A DNA stretch of 59,352 nt, the filler included, from Dirinaria sp. TL-2023a (taxonomy: Eukaryota): assembly GCA_051941275.1 (NCBI GenBank). It is 4 parts of 4 records of this genome, joined end to end, with 100 filler letters (N's around TTAATTAATTAA, not from the genome) between each part and the next. Parts side by side here need not be neighbours in the genome. Positions count along the whole stretch, not along the records: positions 1 to 14,776 come from JAVEBF010000582.1; positions 14,877 to 29,642 come from JAVEBF010000583.1; 2 more parts are not named here. The stretch is one strand, 5' to 3'. Of this stretch, positions 11,777-24,314 are shown piece after piece. Made by a program: the position numbers and the translations under genes. Under the pieces are notes generated by a model that was not told the origin of the DNA, ran no database searches, and worked only from the letters and a program-made list of their open reading frames with translations. Each line of letters begins with the position of its first letter. The first letter of the stretch is position 1.

Positions 11777-14776
11777 ATGTCTGGCTTCGCGGTGCCCTTC
11801 TCTTCAAGTCCGCCCTCGACGCCGGACTCTCGTTCGCGGTACTCCAATGGCTTAGGAGGTACTTCGGATAGCTTCGCTTCCAATGTATCTACTACACCTG
11901 CTGGACCTCCCCCATCATCCATTCCTTCATTCACGCCCGCCGGTCCACCACCTCCATCATCCCTATTTGGCAGCTCTCAGCCGGCATCACAAAACAAACT
12001 GCTGTTCAAGGCAAATTCCAGGCCCTTCGCATCGTCCTCAATGTCGTCACCACCACTACCACCACCTCAGCCATCCGGCAATAGTGAGATTGAAGAGGAA
12101 GCGGATGATGAAGAAATGAATGAGTACAGCGAAAGCTCAGAAGGCGGCGGCATGGAAATGGATGAGGCGGATGAGAGGCTGTCGCCCAATGCTACGTCCA
12201 CTATGTCGTCAAAACTGCAAGCCTCAGCATCGAGCGCCGGAGGTTTTGATTGGACAAAATACGGCTCTTCGCCTGTGGGTCCAACGCCGAGAGGTACCAA
12301 GCGATCAAGAGGCGGTGCCGCAATATCACCTGCCTCAACTCGATCAATGGCAAAGCAAGATATAACGAAGGAATCGCCCATACCTGCGATTGCCAGGGAT
12401 ATGGCTACGCAATTGGGAATTGCAAGTCTGAATGAGCCGGACGATCTTATTCTGAAATCAGAAAGCATTCTGGACCAGGTGTATGCCAGCACGTCCGACG
12501 AAAATACGTTCCCTGATCATGATGCTCTGCTTTCCGATGCTACCGAAGAAATAGTAAGAGTTTGGCGCGCTTGCCGTGATCACGATCTAAAGAAAACCCC
12601 TCCCGAGTCAGATGCTACATTTCACGTTGGCCCAGGCAGTGAAGCTCCTGAATATCACAAAGCAGCTTATCTGGGCGCGCTGCTGTTGCAGCTCCACCAC
12701 CCTCCAGCAGCAAAAGGTTTACAAGCTTACGCAATGTCCAAACATGGCCGGTCATCTGGCTTCACCCATTCTGTTTCTTCCACTCAAGCCCGTTATCACC
12801 CGACAGCGTTACCTAAAGTCTTGCTTGAATGGTTGGACGAGAATCATAATCCCTACCAAACGGCTCTTTTGAACTTAAAATCACATCATCCTAACCCCAC
12901 AGCTCATGGGAACTATTGGGACATTATCTTCTCCTCGACCTTGCGCGGCAAAATGTCGGACGTGATCAGTATCTTCAAGCACTCCAGATTTGAGTATGCA
13001 CGAACAGCTCGAGAACCAGGCAGAGCATTGGATGGCTATCATGGCGTGACATTGAAGAATGTCAAGCGGGTTATTGATCGAGCTGTCCAGGTACTGGAAA
13101 TGTGCCCAGTACAGCAGAACGAAGACTGGGAAGTCAGTGGAGACGACTGGCTACTGTTCCGCAAGCGTATTGAACAGGCCATGGCCGATCTGGCCACTTT
13201 CGCCGAGGGCCGAAATCGCGATCTGGAGCCAACCGAGTCAACTTTTGAGGCATCCAATTTCGGTATCAAGAGCCCCCCCTCTGGCCTCAGTCAGTCTGCA
13301 CGACGAGCAGAAAGCCAGGTTCCTTGGACAATCTACCAAAATCTGAGGGCCATGTACGGCATTCTCCTTGGAGGAACCGCTGAAATTATATCGTCCGCTC
13401 AAGACTGGATCGAAGCCACCATCGGTCTGGCAGCTTGGTGGGATGGTGATGATGACGATGACATCGTAGTCGGGAGCCCCGCTGTGACTCGCCGTTCCCT
13501 GAGCAAATCACAGATGCGAGGCTCGCGCACTGTCGATGTTAATCCTACGGGAGCCTACATTCACCGCCTGGCTTCTGCATTCGCGCGTATAACCGGCGAC
13601 GTTGATGGAGGGTTATTTCAAATCGGCTCGATAAACCCCGTCGAGGTAGGCCTTGCGTGTATATTTGAAGGCAATGTTGAAGGCGTCATAAGTTTGCTCC
13701 GCGGGTGGTCCCTGCCTATCGCCACCTCCGTCGTCGAGATAGCCAGTCTGGGGAATTGGTTTGGTCCAGGCTTCAATACCGGCCTTATGCGTAACTTTGA
13801 CGAAAGCGACCTCCTCGTCCTCAGCAGCTACGAGACGCAGCGCGAAAAGCCCGTAACGCACGACTCGCTCCTGACCGAGTACGCGGAGTCCCTTTTCTCC
13901 ATTGGCAATCTCACCCCCTCAGCAAATATGATGAACACCTCGTCCGCCGCTTCCGCAACAGAAGGCTGGGAACTCTCCATCCGACTCCTCTCACGCCTGC
14001 TCGATGCGACGCGCGCAGACCGCAAGCTCACAGAACTGTTGGATGACCTACCCCTAGATTCGGATCTCAGAGTTGACAAGGTGCTGCACACATGCGATGA
14101 ATTCGGCCTCCCCGATCTCTCACGCAAGATCGCAGAACGCTACGCCGCCAGCGTCTCTTCCTCTGATTCTCCAAAACCGGACTACGGCACCGCGCTGGTA
14201 TTTTATGCGCGGGCGCATCGGGCTCAGAAAGTAAAATCGATACTAGACCTGCTCGTTAGCATGAGTTTGGTGCGGAGTATGGCGTACCCGCCCCGTGGAG
14301 ACTTAGACGATAATCTGCGTGCCCTAGTTGACGAGCCTAAAGATAGCCTCCTTCAGCTAGGCCGGATGGACAAAGTGGCGGCGTCCACCCTGCACATGTA
14401 CCTCACGGGTTACGCGACGCTGAGGAAGTTCTACGATCTGAGGGATGCAGATGTCAATCTTTCAGACACTGGCAAGCCGACGGCGGGGTCATCATGGACG
14501 CGCAGGAAGGAAGCAGCCAAAGCACTCATCGCCGTCATCAACAGCGCCGCAGACAACATCCACGGCGGCCTGTATGACGAATCAAGAGCGAGTATCGTAC
14601 ATGTCGATGGGCTGCTCGCGCTGCTTGGCGAAGCCACCGTGTTCGTGAACCGTATGTGCCTTTTCTTTCTTAAATTGCAGCTTTACTCTGTCCAATTTAT
14701 TCATTCCACATTTCCCTCTCCTCACAATATCCACAATATCTCCGTTATAAATCGGCTAACAACCCACCCACCAGAC
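11777..14776 (+). CDS. NUP85: Nucleoporin Nup85 (Y-complex); 3' end lost in scaffold gap. Exon 11777-14651, intron 14652-14774, next exon runs into the gap
   Basis: Low-complexity S/P N-terminus followed by a helical solenoid with PTAHGNYWDII, SQVPWTIYQNL, AQDWIEATIGLAAWWDG, YGTALVFYARAH, LTGYATLRKFYDLRD, typical of Pezizomycotina Nup85. Confidence 0.8.
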
Positions 14777-14876
14777 NNNNNNNNNNNNNNNNNNNNNNNN
14801 NNNNNNNNNNNNNNNNNNNNTTAATTAATTAANNNNNNNNNNNNNNNNNNNNNNNNNNNNNNNNNNNNNNNNNNNN
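14777..14876. other. Scaffold gap with artificial TTAATTAATTAA spacer
   Basis: 44 N + TTAATTAATTAA + 44 N; identical construct at 29643-29742 and 44507-44606. Confidence 0.97.
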
Positions 14877-15394
14877 GGAATTGGAGGGAGGGTTGTTTAG
14901 GAAGTAGCTGGTGGGATAATTTGGATGAGCAGGGTAGGAGAGACCGTTGTAGGCGGGGGACAAGGACTAGGCCGGACATGCCATTTTTTGTGGGGAAGAG
15001 AATGGACGGAAAGAAGACGAGAAGGGAAATTTATTGCAGTTGTTGTTTTGGATATTATTGTGTGATGGCGAATTAATAATTGGCGTCCGATTGCTCATTC
15101 GTAATATTTGGGCTGCATGGGTTGCTTATTAGCTGAAAGGTGGGGTACGGATTGCTAGGTGGGGTTTGGTTGTGAGAAAGTGGACAAAAAGGGGGGTTTT
15201 GTGGTGTCGCTGCCAACGTACCTTACAAGCCTTCAGATACCTTAGGCATTCAGTGGGAAGCAGAGAGGCAGATCGTAGTGAGTGTGTCTCTGACACTTGA
15301 GATACATTTGAAAATCGAATGAAATGGTATCGTGCTGTTGATCTATAATGCTGTCCCGACGTGTAGTACACGCAGCCGGCCGCTTTCAGAATTA

Positions 15395-16603
15395 TCACAC
15401 TCCGAAAAGCACCTTGCATTTCTCGTAGACGAGGAAGCTCACTGCCGCCATTGGCACCACCTTCAGGTAGCCAATGCCGAGCCCCACAAAGAAGCCTTTC
15501 CATCCCCTTTCCCTCCATATCCCCCTCGTAGTCTCTGCCATTCCGAGCCGATGGCCGTCCCCAACTGCTCCTCCGACTTGCATTCTTCTTCGGATCACCT
15601 CCAGAGGGTACGCCGCGGTTTGAGACACTAAGCCCGCAAAGCCTCCGGATAGGAGCTCGGCCCAGTATCGCAAGACTGGCTTCTCAGTTCGCGGCGAGAC
15701 GGTCATGGTAAAGCGCGCAAGAGCCGGAGAGCGCAACCAGTCTCCTGCCGTATCGTGCGTAAGAAAAGAGACCCCTGCGTAAGGGAGCATGCCGACCATA
15801 GTTGGAGAAAAGCCGCGGTAAAAATTGACAAGGCCAGAGCTGGGAGTTGGCACGACTGCAGAGGCAGCACCAGGAAGTGGGATGGTTGTTGAAGGTTTCG
15901 GAGGATGTTCATGGTAAATCTGCTTGCAGATGCTCGATAGCGACGACCGAGAATCCCGCTTTGTCTCGAAAGCCAGCCGGACACGGATCACCTCGAGAGG
16001 GTAGGTGATGAAGACCGAACTCACACCCGCCAAAGCTCCGCTGAGAAGACGTCGTAAAGGCGTCTCATGAGCGGGGGAAGGGATGATGAGGCTTCGGAAT
16101 TGCTCATAGCTGAGGAACTTGATGGATGCGTAGGGGAAGATTTTCAGAAGAGTTGCAGAGTGACCTCGGAACAGCCCGCGCACGCCGTCCTGGCGATGGA
16201 TGTCGCGCATGGCGGTAACCACGCCAAACCAGGATCCGGTGTATTTTGCGAACTGGGGATTGGACGCTTGAAAAAGGATCTTCACGCGGTCGAGAGGTGC
16301 AACGGCTGTCTTGGCCTGCCAAAAGTCAGCGTGTCCGGAGCATCATACATACAAAACCCCCGTAGGAAGACGGCGTACAGCGCAGCCGGCCAGCCCCCCG
16401 GCAAGACCGGTCTTGAGCACATAGTCAAGGCTTTGTTTGCTCTTCTTCACTTCCTGGCTCCCCAGCCCCTTGGATGTTACCTCTCGCGTGCCGAGATCTG
16501 TAGTAGTCGTCGATCCGTTCTGTAGGCTCGCTCTCGAGCCCATCTCCACTGTGTCAAGACGCTGAATCTTTGTCGCTGCATCTCCTCGATGGGCTTCTGG
16601 CAT
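15395..16603 (-). CDS. LEU5: Mitochondrial carrier, coenzyme A transporter (Leu5/SLC25A16 type). Exons 16603 (or 16543)-16379, 16315-15395
   Basis: KQSLDYVLKTGLAGGLAGCA/AKTAVAPLDRVKILFQASNPQF; three PX[DE]XX[RK] carrier signatures (PLDRVK, PLEVIR, PLEVIRRRMQV); GHSATLLKIFPYASIKF. Confidence 0.9.
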
Positions 16604-16942
16604 TCGCGACAGACCAGACGTGATTGCTTAGGAGGTGGCTGCTTCATGGAAGAAGGAACGGAACCGTTGCAATAAAGGAAGCTGACCAACTTTGCCGAGG
16701 CAAACCGAAGGGTGACTACGGGTGACATCAGAAGGCTGTTCAACCGCATACCTAAGGTAAGATTAAGGGACTTTACATACATGTAAGGTACATGTCCCCT
16801 ACCTACAATCTTTCAAAGTGAATTGAAGCTTGAAAATCTGCATATTGTCTGGCTATGAATAATTACATAGAAGTGGCAATTCTGGCCCTACGCCGTGTTA
16901 TTTGATACCCGGTACCCTGTGCTGTTCCATTGTTGCGCTGCA

Positions 16943-19900
16943 CTAATGCAACCGCCTCAATCCTTCGATAATACCCTTGATGTCTTCCACGTCTATCGCC
17001 TTACCTGTTTGGGCCCCTAGTCCTTTGCACATTTCATCCTGCATATCCTTCGTGCAATCTAGAAAGCGCTCCACCAGCTCGCCATCGACGAATCTGAAAG
17101 GTTCTTCCGCCTCTCTCACACTGTTCTTGAATGCGCGGTAGCTGTTGAAGGGGATGTCCCCGGGGCTGCGCAACATGGCCGCCATGTTGCTCTGTAGCCG
17201 CATTAATAGATCGCGGTAAGATGGCGCTATCAGGGCGAAGAGATAGATAGAGCCATCTACCTGCAAGCAGCGTCAGACTTGAGTGAACGAAGCATGAATG
17301 TCGTGCAAGACTCACAGTGCCAAGGAAGGCCTTGGGAATGACGGTTGCATTTGCCAATGTGGGAAACTCGAAGCTACGGATGCGGTTGACCATCTCTCCC
17401 AGTCGGATTTCGCTGGTGACTTCTAATCTCCGGCGATCTTCGCTCGTGACACCGCTTGTGTTTTGGTGGAGAACCATAAGATTACCTTCTGCGTCGCTTT
17501 CGAGTAGAGTGTCTGTGTCCACGTGTGCGACCGCCGTTCCCCAGGCTGTTTGGAAGTGTCTTGCTTTTTCTTCGAGAGTGTCCGGCAAACCCTCAGTTCC
17601 CCTGTTGAACTCTACTACGGAAACGCTCTTCATCAAGTCTGCTATGGCGATCAGATTACCTTTCACCGCAATGTCGATCGGCGCAGTCGATGTTCGGTAA
17701 CTGGCGGCTTTGTGAAGCGAGCTGCCTTCGAGTGTGAAAATGACGACCTGAAATGCTTTTTAGCCTGTGCATGCTGTACCATGACAGCTCTCTTACCGTC
17801 TTAACCAGCGCCGCCACGATATTGCCCTCGACGCAGCCCAGAGCGCGACAAGCTCCTCTGACGGGTAATTCTGTCACTAGCTTTAACATGCGATCTTGCG
17901 TCACTGCAAGAACCAGAATTCGGCCTCGAGCTGTGTCCGAGACTTGATCCTCCAAGTACGCCGTTCCAACGATGAACCGTTCTACGGTGTCCCCTGAGCC
18001 ATCGCGTAGATCCGCTCTTGCAACGCTTTCGACAAGCTCGTCGTCGTTCAGATCGAAAGAGGCGAGAAGCTTGAACACAACTTCGTCTACAAGCTTGAAA
18101 TGGCTTTTGACCGACTCACATCCTTCTCGCAAAGTCCTTCGAATAGTGCCGACGCCGAAGGTCTTCAAAGTGGTAGAGTAAGCTACTCTTCGTACGGTCT
18201 CTCCGATCGGTAATGTATTCACGTGAGTCGTTCGCTCAGTGTCTACGAGAGCGATCTTGAGGTCTTGCGGAGTTGCAACAGCGATAGCACCAGGGTAGGC
18301 TTCGCTATCGAAGGGACACACGCAGGTTGCCTTCTCCACCGTCACCGCTGAGTATACAATGCGTCCTTCTGAGCCATAAATTAAGCTTGGATGCTCGCAA
18401 GTTGCGAAGACACTATAAAGGCCGTCGCTAGTGGGTAACGCCTTAAAGTTGGCTTGCTGCGTACCGAGAACTATAGCTTTTCGCGCAGAGAGGCTAAATG
18501 TAGACAAATTCATAGAAAAGGTGACAACTTCACCATTCGCCATTGCTATGAACAGCGTGGGTTGTTCGCCAGGGAGAATCTGGGCCAGAAGTATGGACCG
18601 TGGCACCGAAACCGAGTCGTCGCTGATTGCCACTTCATTGATTGTCTCGAGAGTTTCAAGCTTCAGGATTGCGATACTCGTGCTTTGCCAGAATCCTGCT
18701 ATGCATATGCCGGACGAATCACGGGGTATGTGGAGGCTGGAGATCTGGCCCTCGCGCTGGAAAATTCGTCGAGCGACAACTCGAAAAGCACCGCTTGGGG
18801 TAGTATCAAGGACGACGGCTTCTGTTCCTCCGATAGCCAGACAAAGTCTTTGACTGATAGCGGAAGCAGCTGTGATGGCCTGGCCTTGCGATGGCGACCA
18901 CTCATGGACGACCATGCCATCCTCAAGGTCAATGACACTGGCTGAGGAGCTTGTGACCTGAAGAAGCAAGCTTTCCGACATATTGGCCGCTAATAGAGTA
19001 CCATGATTCAATGCCAATCCTATGTCTTCAGTCCTTTCTTCGACTTCCCCGTTATCCTGGAATTGGAATATTCGCGTCTCTTCTACAAATGAAACAAGCA
19101 ATATGTCCACATGACTCAATGCCGAAGTTGACCGTAGCGCAAACAGATCAGCTATGTGATCAGCCTCGAGCAGCAATCCAAGCTCCTCCATTCCGACTCC
19201 GCTTCGGACACTGCGAAGACTCCCGTCCTGAAATGCACCAGATCCAGTAACGATGCGTGTTTGCCCAGAAGAGTAGTCGTTCGTCTGGGCTTCGCCAGCT
19301 CGGCTTCCCATGTCCATAATAGTAAAATCTAAAATCGGTGCAATGTTGGGCAATGTCTGCATAATTCCTATAGACTTTTCCTGGATGCGGATCACTTGTG
19401 AGTCACCCTGATGCGACCCAATGTAGACAAGGCCAGAGCCCAAATAAACAAGAGTTGAGGCCCGAGAAGCCTGCCCTATCATATCGAGCTTCCACTCCAA
19501 AAGGTCGTTGTGCTCGTCTAGCAGTAGCATGAGAAAGTAGAGTTTGCCATAGTCGTCGGCCAGAAGCCAGCGCTGTGCGTCTATTTGCGCCCAAGCAACA
19601 AAGATAGAGGCTTCTTGAAGTGGCTCCACGCGGAGATTGCCATCTTTGCAATACGTGATTGATGTTTCGGCTAGTATAAGTAGACCATCTACATCGAGAT
19701 CAGACATTTGTAGTCAAAGAACGTATTTGTACATACACGCCGGAGCTGGTACTGGAATGAGGTGGCTCACTCCCGGTTCTAGATCATCATGGGCAACATC
19801 CACATCGTCTAGATCCACGCTCCCGGCTTCTCCATGACTGCCAGCTGCGTAGTCTAGCGTTCTCACAACCAAGCAAGCTTTTTGACGATTATTTTCATAC

Positions 19901-20535
19901 AGGAGAGCAAGTTTTGGTTTCGCCTTTGTTCCCTGGGGAAAGTGCAGAAACGCAGAAGAACGGACAAAAAGCTCTGGAATTCTTGCAGAGACTGGTTCCC
20001 CTAAACAACCCGGCTCTTGAGCGCTTTTGTGCTTCAATCTAGGTTGACTAATAGGTACTACGGTGATAATGCCATCAAAAAGCTGAAGAGTCATATATCG
20101 ACGCGAAGGATCAATCAAGCATCGATCCTGGGTTTGAGAATCTCGCAGCGTTTTGTCAGCTTGATCATGATAACTTTGCTCAGTACGTAGCTGGCTTTTA
20201 GCTGCATCCCAAGAGACTGTGAAGTATTTATAACGATCTGTACCAATGAAAAGGTGCTCTGTTCTCGACGTTGTAGGCTGTAGTCCCTCGAGCATGGTAA
20301 TCTTTCCGTAGACGGCTCTGGTGTGCTTATGAACGAGGCCTTCATCGGTCTCAATATATATTTCTATCCGATTTGACTTCCTGAATTGAATACATAAGAT
20401 TATCAAATAACACGAATAGGCAATGCAACCTTGAACTTACGCTACGATCAAGCACTCGTCATCGGGGCTGAGGAAGCAAAGTTTCAAAGCATGTCTGACA
20501 CTGCTCGACCGATGTATTGGGGCGATAAAGGCCAT
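16943..20535 (-). CDS. DDB1: DNA damage-binding protein 1 (CUL4 adaptor). Exons 20535-20441, 20380-19737, 19688-17797, 17747-17316, 17260-16943 (~1126 aa)
   Basis: MAFIAPIHRSSSVRHA, YIGSHQGDSQ, PNIAPILDF, IVTGSGAFQDGSLRSVRSGVG, IADLMKSV, FVDGELVERFLD, ends IEGLRRLH; spliced length matches DDB1. Confidence 0.95.
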
Positions 20536-21125
20536 GATGAGAGTCAATTGTGAGGAAAGCGTTTTTCACATCTCAAGAATCGTGTAGCTACCCAAGTCCA
20601 AGCACGTGTAGATTAAGAAATACGTTAATGATTGGATTCAAAGCTTGCCAAGGAGCTTAGCGCTGGCAGCGCTGGCGGCAATCGCGGCGAGCGCGTCTAT
20701 TTCAAATAGTGAAAAAGTCCAGTGCCAGTTAATGGTCGTTAACCCTTTAGATCCAGATTTCAATGGCAAATAGGAGGTCGCCTTGTTTATGGGTATGAAA
20801 ACTTTAGTTAGGAAAATCTTTCAGCTTATGGGCGATGTTTTGGCTCCGAATATGGTGTGCCTGCCAGTCTGTGTAACTCAGGTCCTGAACATGCTGGCCA
20901 TAGGCTTACGGGGTGACCTATGTGTCGACTCGAGTAAAAGTAAAGCTAGAATTAACCGAAATTAGTGTCATCTCGGTTAGGGTCACTAGTATGTCTATCT
21001 CTGCACTTTCTTCTCGACCGCCATAATTATCTTCATCATAAACCACCTTATCATTGTCTTCATCTCCATCATCAACCCCCTTACATTCTATTTTATTCTA
21101 TTTCATAGACCTCAAGTCTAACAGG

Positions 21126-22897
21126 ATGGCGCGAAACAAGAAAGGACGCACGGCCAATATCAAAGTAAATCAACTTGCCCGTGAAGCTGCTAGATTGGGG
21201 CTTCACGATACAAAGCCATCGCCCCCATCACCTAAGATTCCGCCTGAGCCGCTTTCGCCCCCGCCTCTACCACCTAAAATGCTAGCCATGGACATGAAGC
21301 GCATTTTGTTGGACCGAAAGCGTGTATGGGTTGAGGCCGGTCTAGTGGCTCTTCCTGATGAAGAACCCGGCAGCGAATTTGGTCCGCCTAAGGCCACTTC
21401 TCTTTCGGACTACAAGAAAATCAAGATGCCACCAGGCCAGGAGTATGATCCTGTCATCAGACAATGGAATATGTACATGAATTCCAATCCAGACACTCAC
21501 GTCATGTTGTTACTATATCCGGAGAAGTTCCCAAATCAACTGTACAACGTCAAAACAGGGCAAAAACCTATCGGAATGCGGATCAAACCAAACTTTGGAT
21601 TAGTAGAAGTCGACATCCCGCTCGATCCCTATGCTCCCTCATTTGACAAGGTGCGAGGCGTCATCTACGGCGAAGCCTTACGTAAGAGCAAAGTCTTGAA
21701 GGAGAGAGGTGGTGCTTACGGCCTTGCCGGAGGCTTTGGAGTAGATGAAGCAGACGAAGGGAAATCGAAGAAAGGTGGTACAAAGAAACGTGGCACGAAG
21801 CAAAGTGGAGCTGCAGCATCCACGAGTCGTTCCACCGAAGAAGCTGAGCCCACGGTTGAAGAGCTGCTGGCAGATTACGACAATGCTGTAAAGAATGGCC
21901 ACGTCATGAATAAGATGATTCTTGGTGGGAAAATCATTCCCTGGACTCCAGAAAACCCCAACTTCTTCGTGGGTCATTTCGAGAAATGTAAGAGCTATAT
22001 ACCATTGTACCGTGGCCCGACTTTGGCGATACTAACCGTGACCCAAGCGAATGTTTTCTTCACCAAGGTCAATGCGATTTGCGCACTACGTCCTCAGCTA
22101 ATCCATCTCGACGCACTGAACGATCTCAACAAGTCTACTTTGAAAATGCAGGCTGGCGCTGACACGGAAGCCAACGAAGCAGTCAATGTCAACATGACTA
22201 TCAAGAAATCGGAAGGTAAATCGACGGAGAATGCCGGAGACGCAAAGGAGATTGCACGGCTGTTGAGAGCCATGCGTGCGGAGCCGTGGCAGCACCTCTC
22301 CTGGGTAGATAAAGATGTGAGTAGTCGCATTGTATTCATAGCTTGATTAAATTATATGCTCACCGTTTTTAGACCCAAGAAGCGCACGACAAATTCGACG
22401 AGATCTTTGTTCGCGACAAAACCACTTTGGCGAAGACGCCCAAATTGGTGAGCAACATCACCCCCGAGCAATGGCTTGACGTCATCAGCTGCCCTCGCAT
22501 CGACCCGTTGAATCCCAAGAAGCGATCTATGAGAACCCCGGCAGATGTCGATGATCTATCTCCGACTGACAGCGAATCCGATTATGACTATTACATGGAG
22601 ACTGAGTCGGAGGCTGAAGAAGTGGCTGGGGCCGCCAAAGGTCCGGTGGAAGCTCCTCGATCCGGAGCTGAAAACCCAAGTTCCGAGGATGAGCCTGGAG
22701 AGACGCCTGAGATGGCCAAAGAGAGGGTGGAAGCTCTCCGGGCCTGGGAAGCTGAACAAGCGCATGCCGGAGCGCTTGAGGAGGACGAAGATTCCTGGGA
22801 AGATGAGGAACACGGGGAAGACGAGGAGAATGAGGACGATGTTGAGGACTTCCCAGATGAGGAAGGTGACTACTGGGAGGATGAGGATGACAACTGA
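21126..22897 (+). CDS. RPC37: RNA polymerase III subunit Rpc5/C37-like (Sin_N domain) with acidic tail. Exons 21126-21987, 22048-22316, 22373-22897 (~551 aa)
   Basis: DPVIRQWNMYM...MLLLYP...MRIKPNFGLVEVDIPLD, LRPQLIHLDA, MRAEPWQHLSWVDKD, WLDVISCPRIDP match the fungal Rpc5 pattern; N-terminus is divergent. Confidence 0.72.
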
Positions 22898-23512
22898 GAC
22901 AATGATGGATAGGTAGCACATAGTAGGCGCCGGAATGAAATCGCTAGGGCACAAGGCAGCTGTTCAATACTTCTAATTTACTTTGTTCGCGGCTACTTGG
23001 TGCTTTGGTCTTTCCCATACTACAGGCGGCAAACCCGAAGCGTGGCAACAATTATTGTTTTCAGTCACTGAACTCATTCAAAGCCTTCGATTATTGATGG
23101 CGTGGGCATATGTGGAAGTCCGCTGATACCATGACTCGCTGCACAGATCATTTAAAGAAATGAAAGTTCTCCTAGTGCTCGCTTGTAACAGCTGACCTCG
23201 ATGAGAACGAAGCGTATACATTGTAAAAATGGTAGTATCCTACTGAGCTTCATAGCAGAAATCGAGCAAGTGCATTAGGATATCGTAAGCCCACGCAGTG
23301 CTGGGTGCTGAATCGTATTTCTTGACAGGCTGATTTATGCCAAGAAATTTGGTACCGTGCCCAAAACTGCTCCAAACAAAGGCGTCGAATGATTGTCCAG
23401 TAGAACATATCAATACATAGATCAAATCATGCCGAACGGCTTTTTGCGAATTGGAAAGACCTAGAATAATTTAAACCAAGAAAAAAAGAAAGGAAAAAAA
23501 AAAAGAAATAAA

Positions 23513-23672
23513 GAGGCCTGGGGGCTCGAACCCCAGCCATATCCGTCGTGCAAGGAGTCATCCGGCCCACTAGGCGATATCCGAAGATAACCTAACCCGC
23601 AATTACAACAGCTAGACAGTGCGGTTCTCGTACACTCGGGATAGACCACTTGTAACTTAGACCATGGGCCCC
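23513..23672 (-). ncRNA. Putative Pol III-transcribed, tRNA-like structured RNA (~160 nt); not a canonical cloverleaf
   Basis: Minus strand: GGGGCCCATGGTCTAAG (A-box-like TGGTCTAA) ... TGGGG-TTCGAGC-CCCCA (perfect T-arm/B box) GGCCTC followed by TTTATTTCTTTTTTTTTTT terminator. TATA-like TATATTAT at about -30 and CAA just upstream; terminal pairing GGGGCC/GGCCTC; internal cUUCGg hairpin. Confidence 0.7.
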
Positions 23673-24314
23673 GCGTTGGAAAATCAGTCTACTAAAATAA
23701 TATATCAACACCAACCAATGTCTTTCATCCACACAACTCCAGAGCCTTTAAAAAAGGCAACGTACATATTTCGGCAACACTTTTTCATTTTTTCATCTGC
23801 CACTACTAATTATTTAACTTTTCATACCTCTCTTCTCGACTGGTCAGGCAATGTTCAAAGGAAGTTCTTGAGCAGTATAACGGATAAAGTTCGGCTAATT
23901 TCATCGAACTCCATTGCAATCTCGTTGTCGTTCCCAATCTCAGTTCAATAACTATCATCTGGCTAGACTGGCATCTACACAGTGTGTAGATTGGTAAAGC
24001 AGCAACCTACATCATGTTGGCAGTTGCATTGGCTTATTTTGGGGCTTCAAAATTGCGCAATCACGACGCGGTACCTTTTGTAGGCGAACCAGAGGGATTT
24101 CTACGTTTCTGGTAAGAGGTCAAGACACGAAGGGCTTATGCTTTAGTGCTTTGGGATAATCGAGGTCGTTTTTAAGCTTTCTTGGCCGGCGTGTATAAGC
24201 GCTCATTCAACGCCTGCGCCGCTGCGGTCCAACATGCAGCTTCCCGGACTTGGCACGATCCAAGATCGCGTTTCGGAAGATGCGTCGTGTGGAAGGGCGA
24301 GGGCCTGTTCTGGA

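Noticed and set aside
14821..14832. TTAATTAATTAA palindrome repeated three times in the window (also 29687 and 44551)
   Set aside because: Always centred in a 100-nt N block; an assembly spacer with stops in all frames, not biology.
16477..16782. 101-aa ORF overlapping the LEU5 start, containing CRECQK
   Set aside because: Single CxxC, no recognisable family, and it may begin upstream of the likely TSS; probably a chance frame.
23588..23598. TAACCTAACCC resembling a telomerase template or telomeric repeat
   Set aside because: Not the TAACCCTAA template, and it lies antisense to the Pol III signals.
23513..23672. Calling the element a standard tRNA (Asp-GTC, Thr-AGT or Ala-TGC readings were tried)
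   Set aside because: No register gives a 7-bp acceptor, D-arm, U33/purine-37 loop and variable region together, so it is kept as an unidentified ncRNA.
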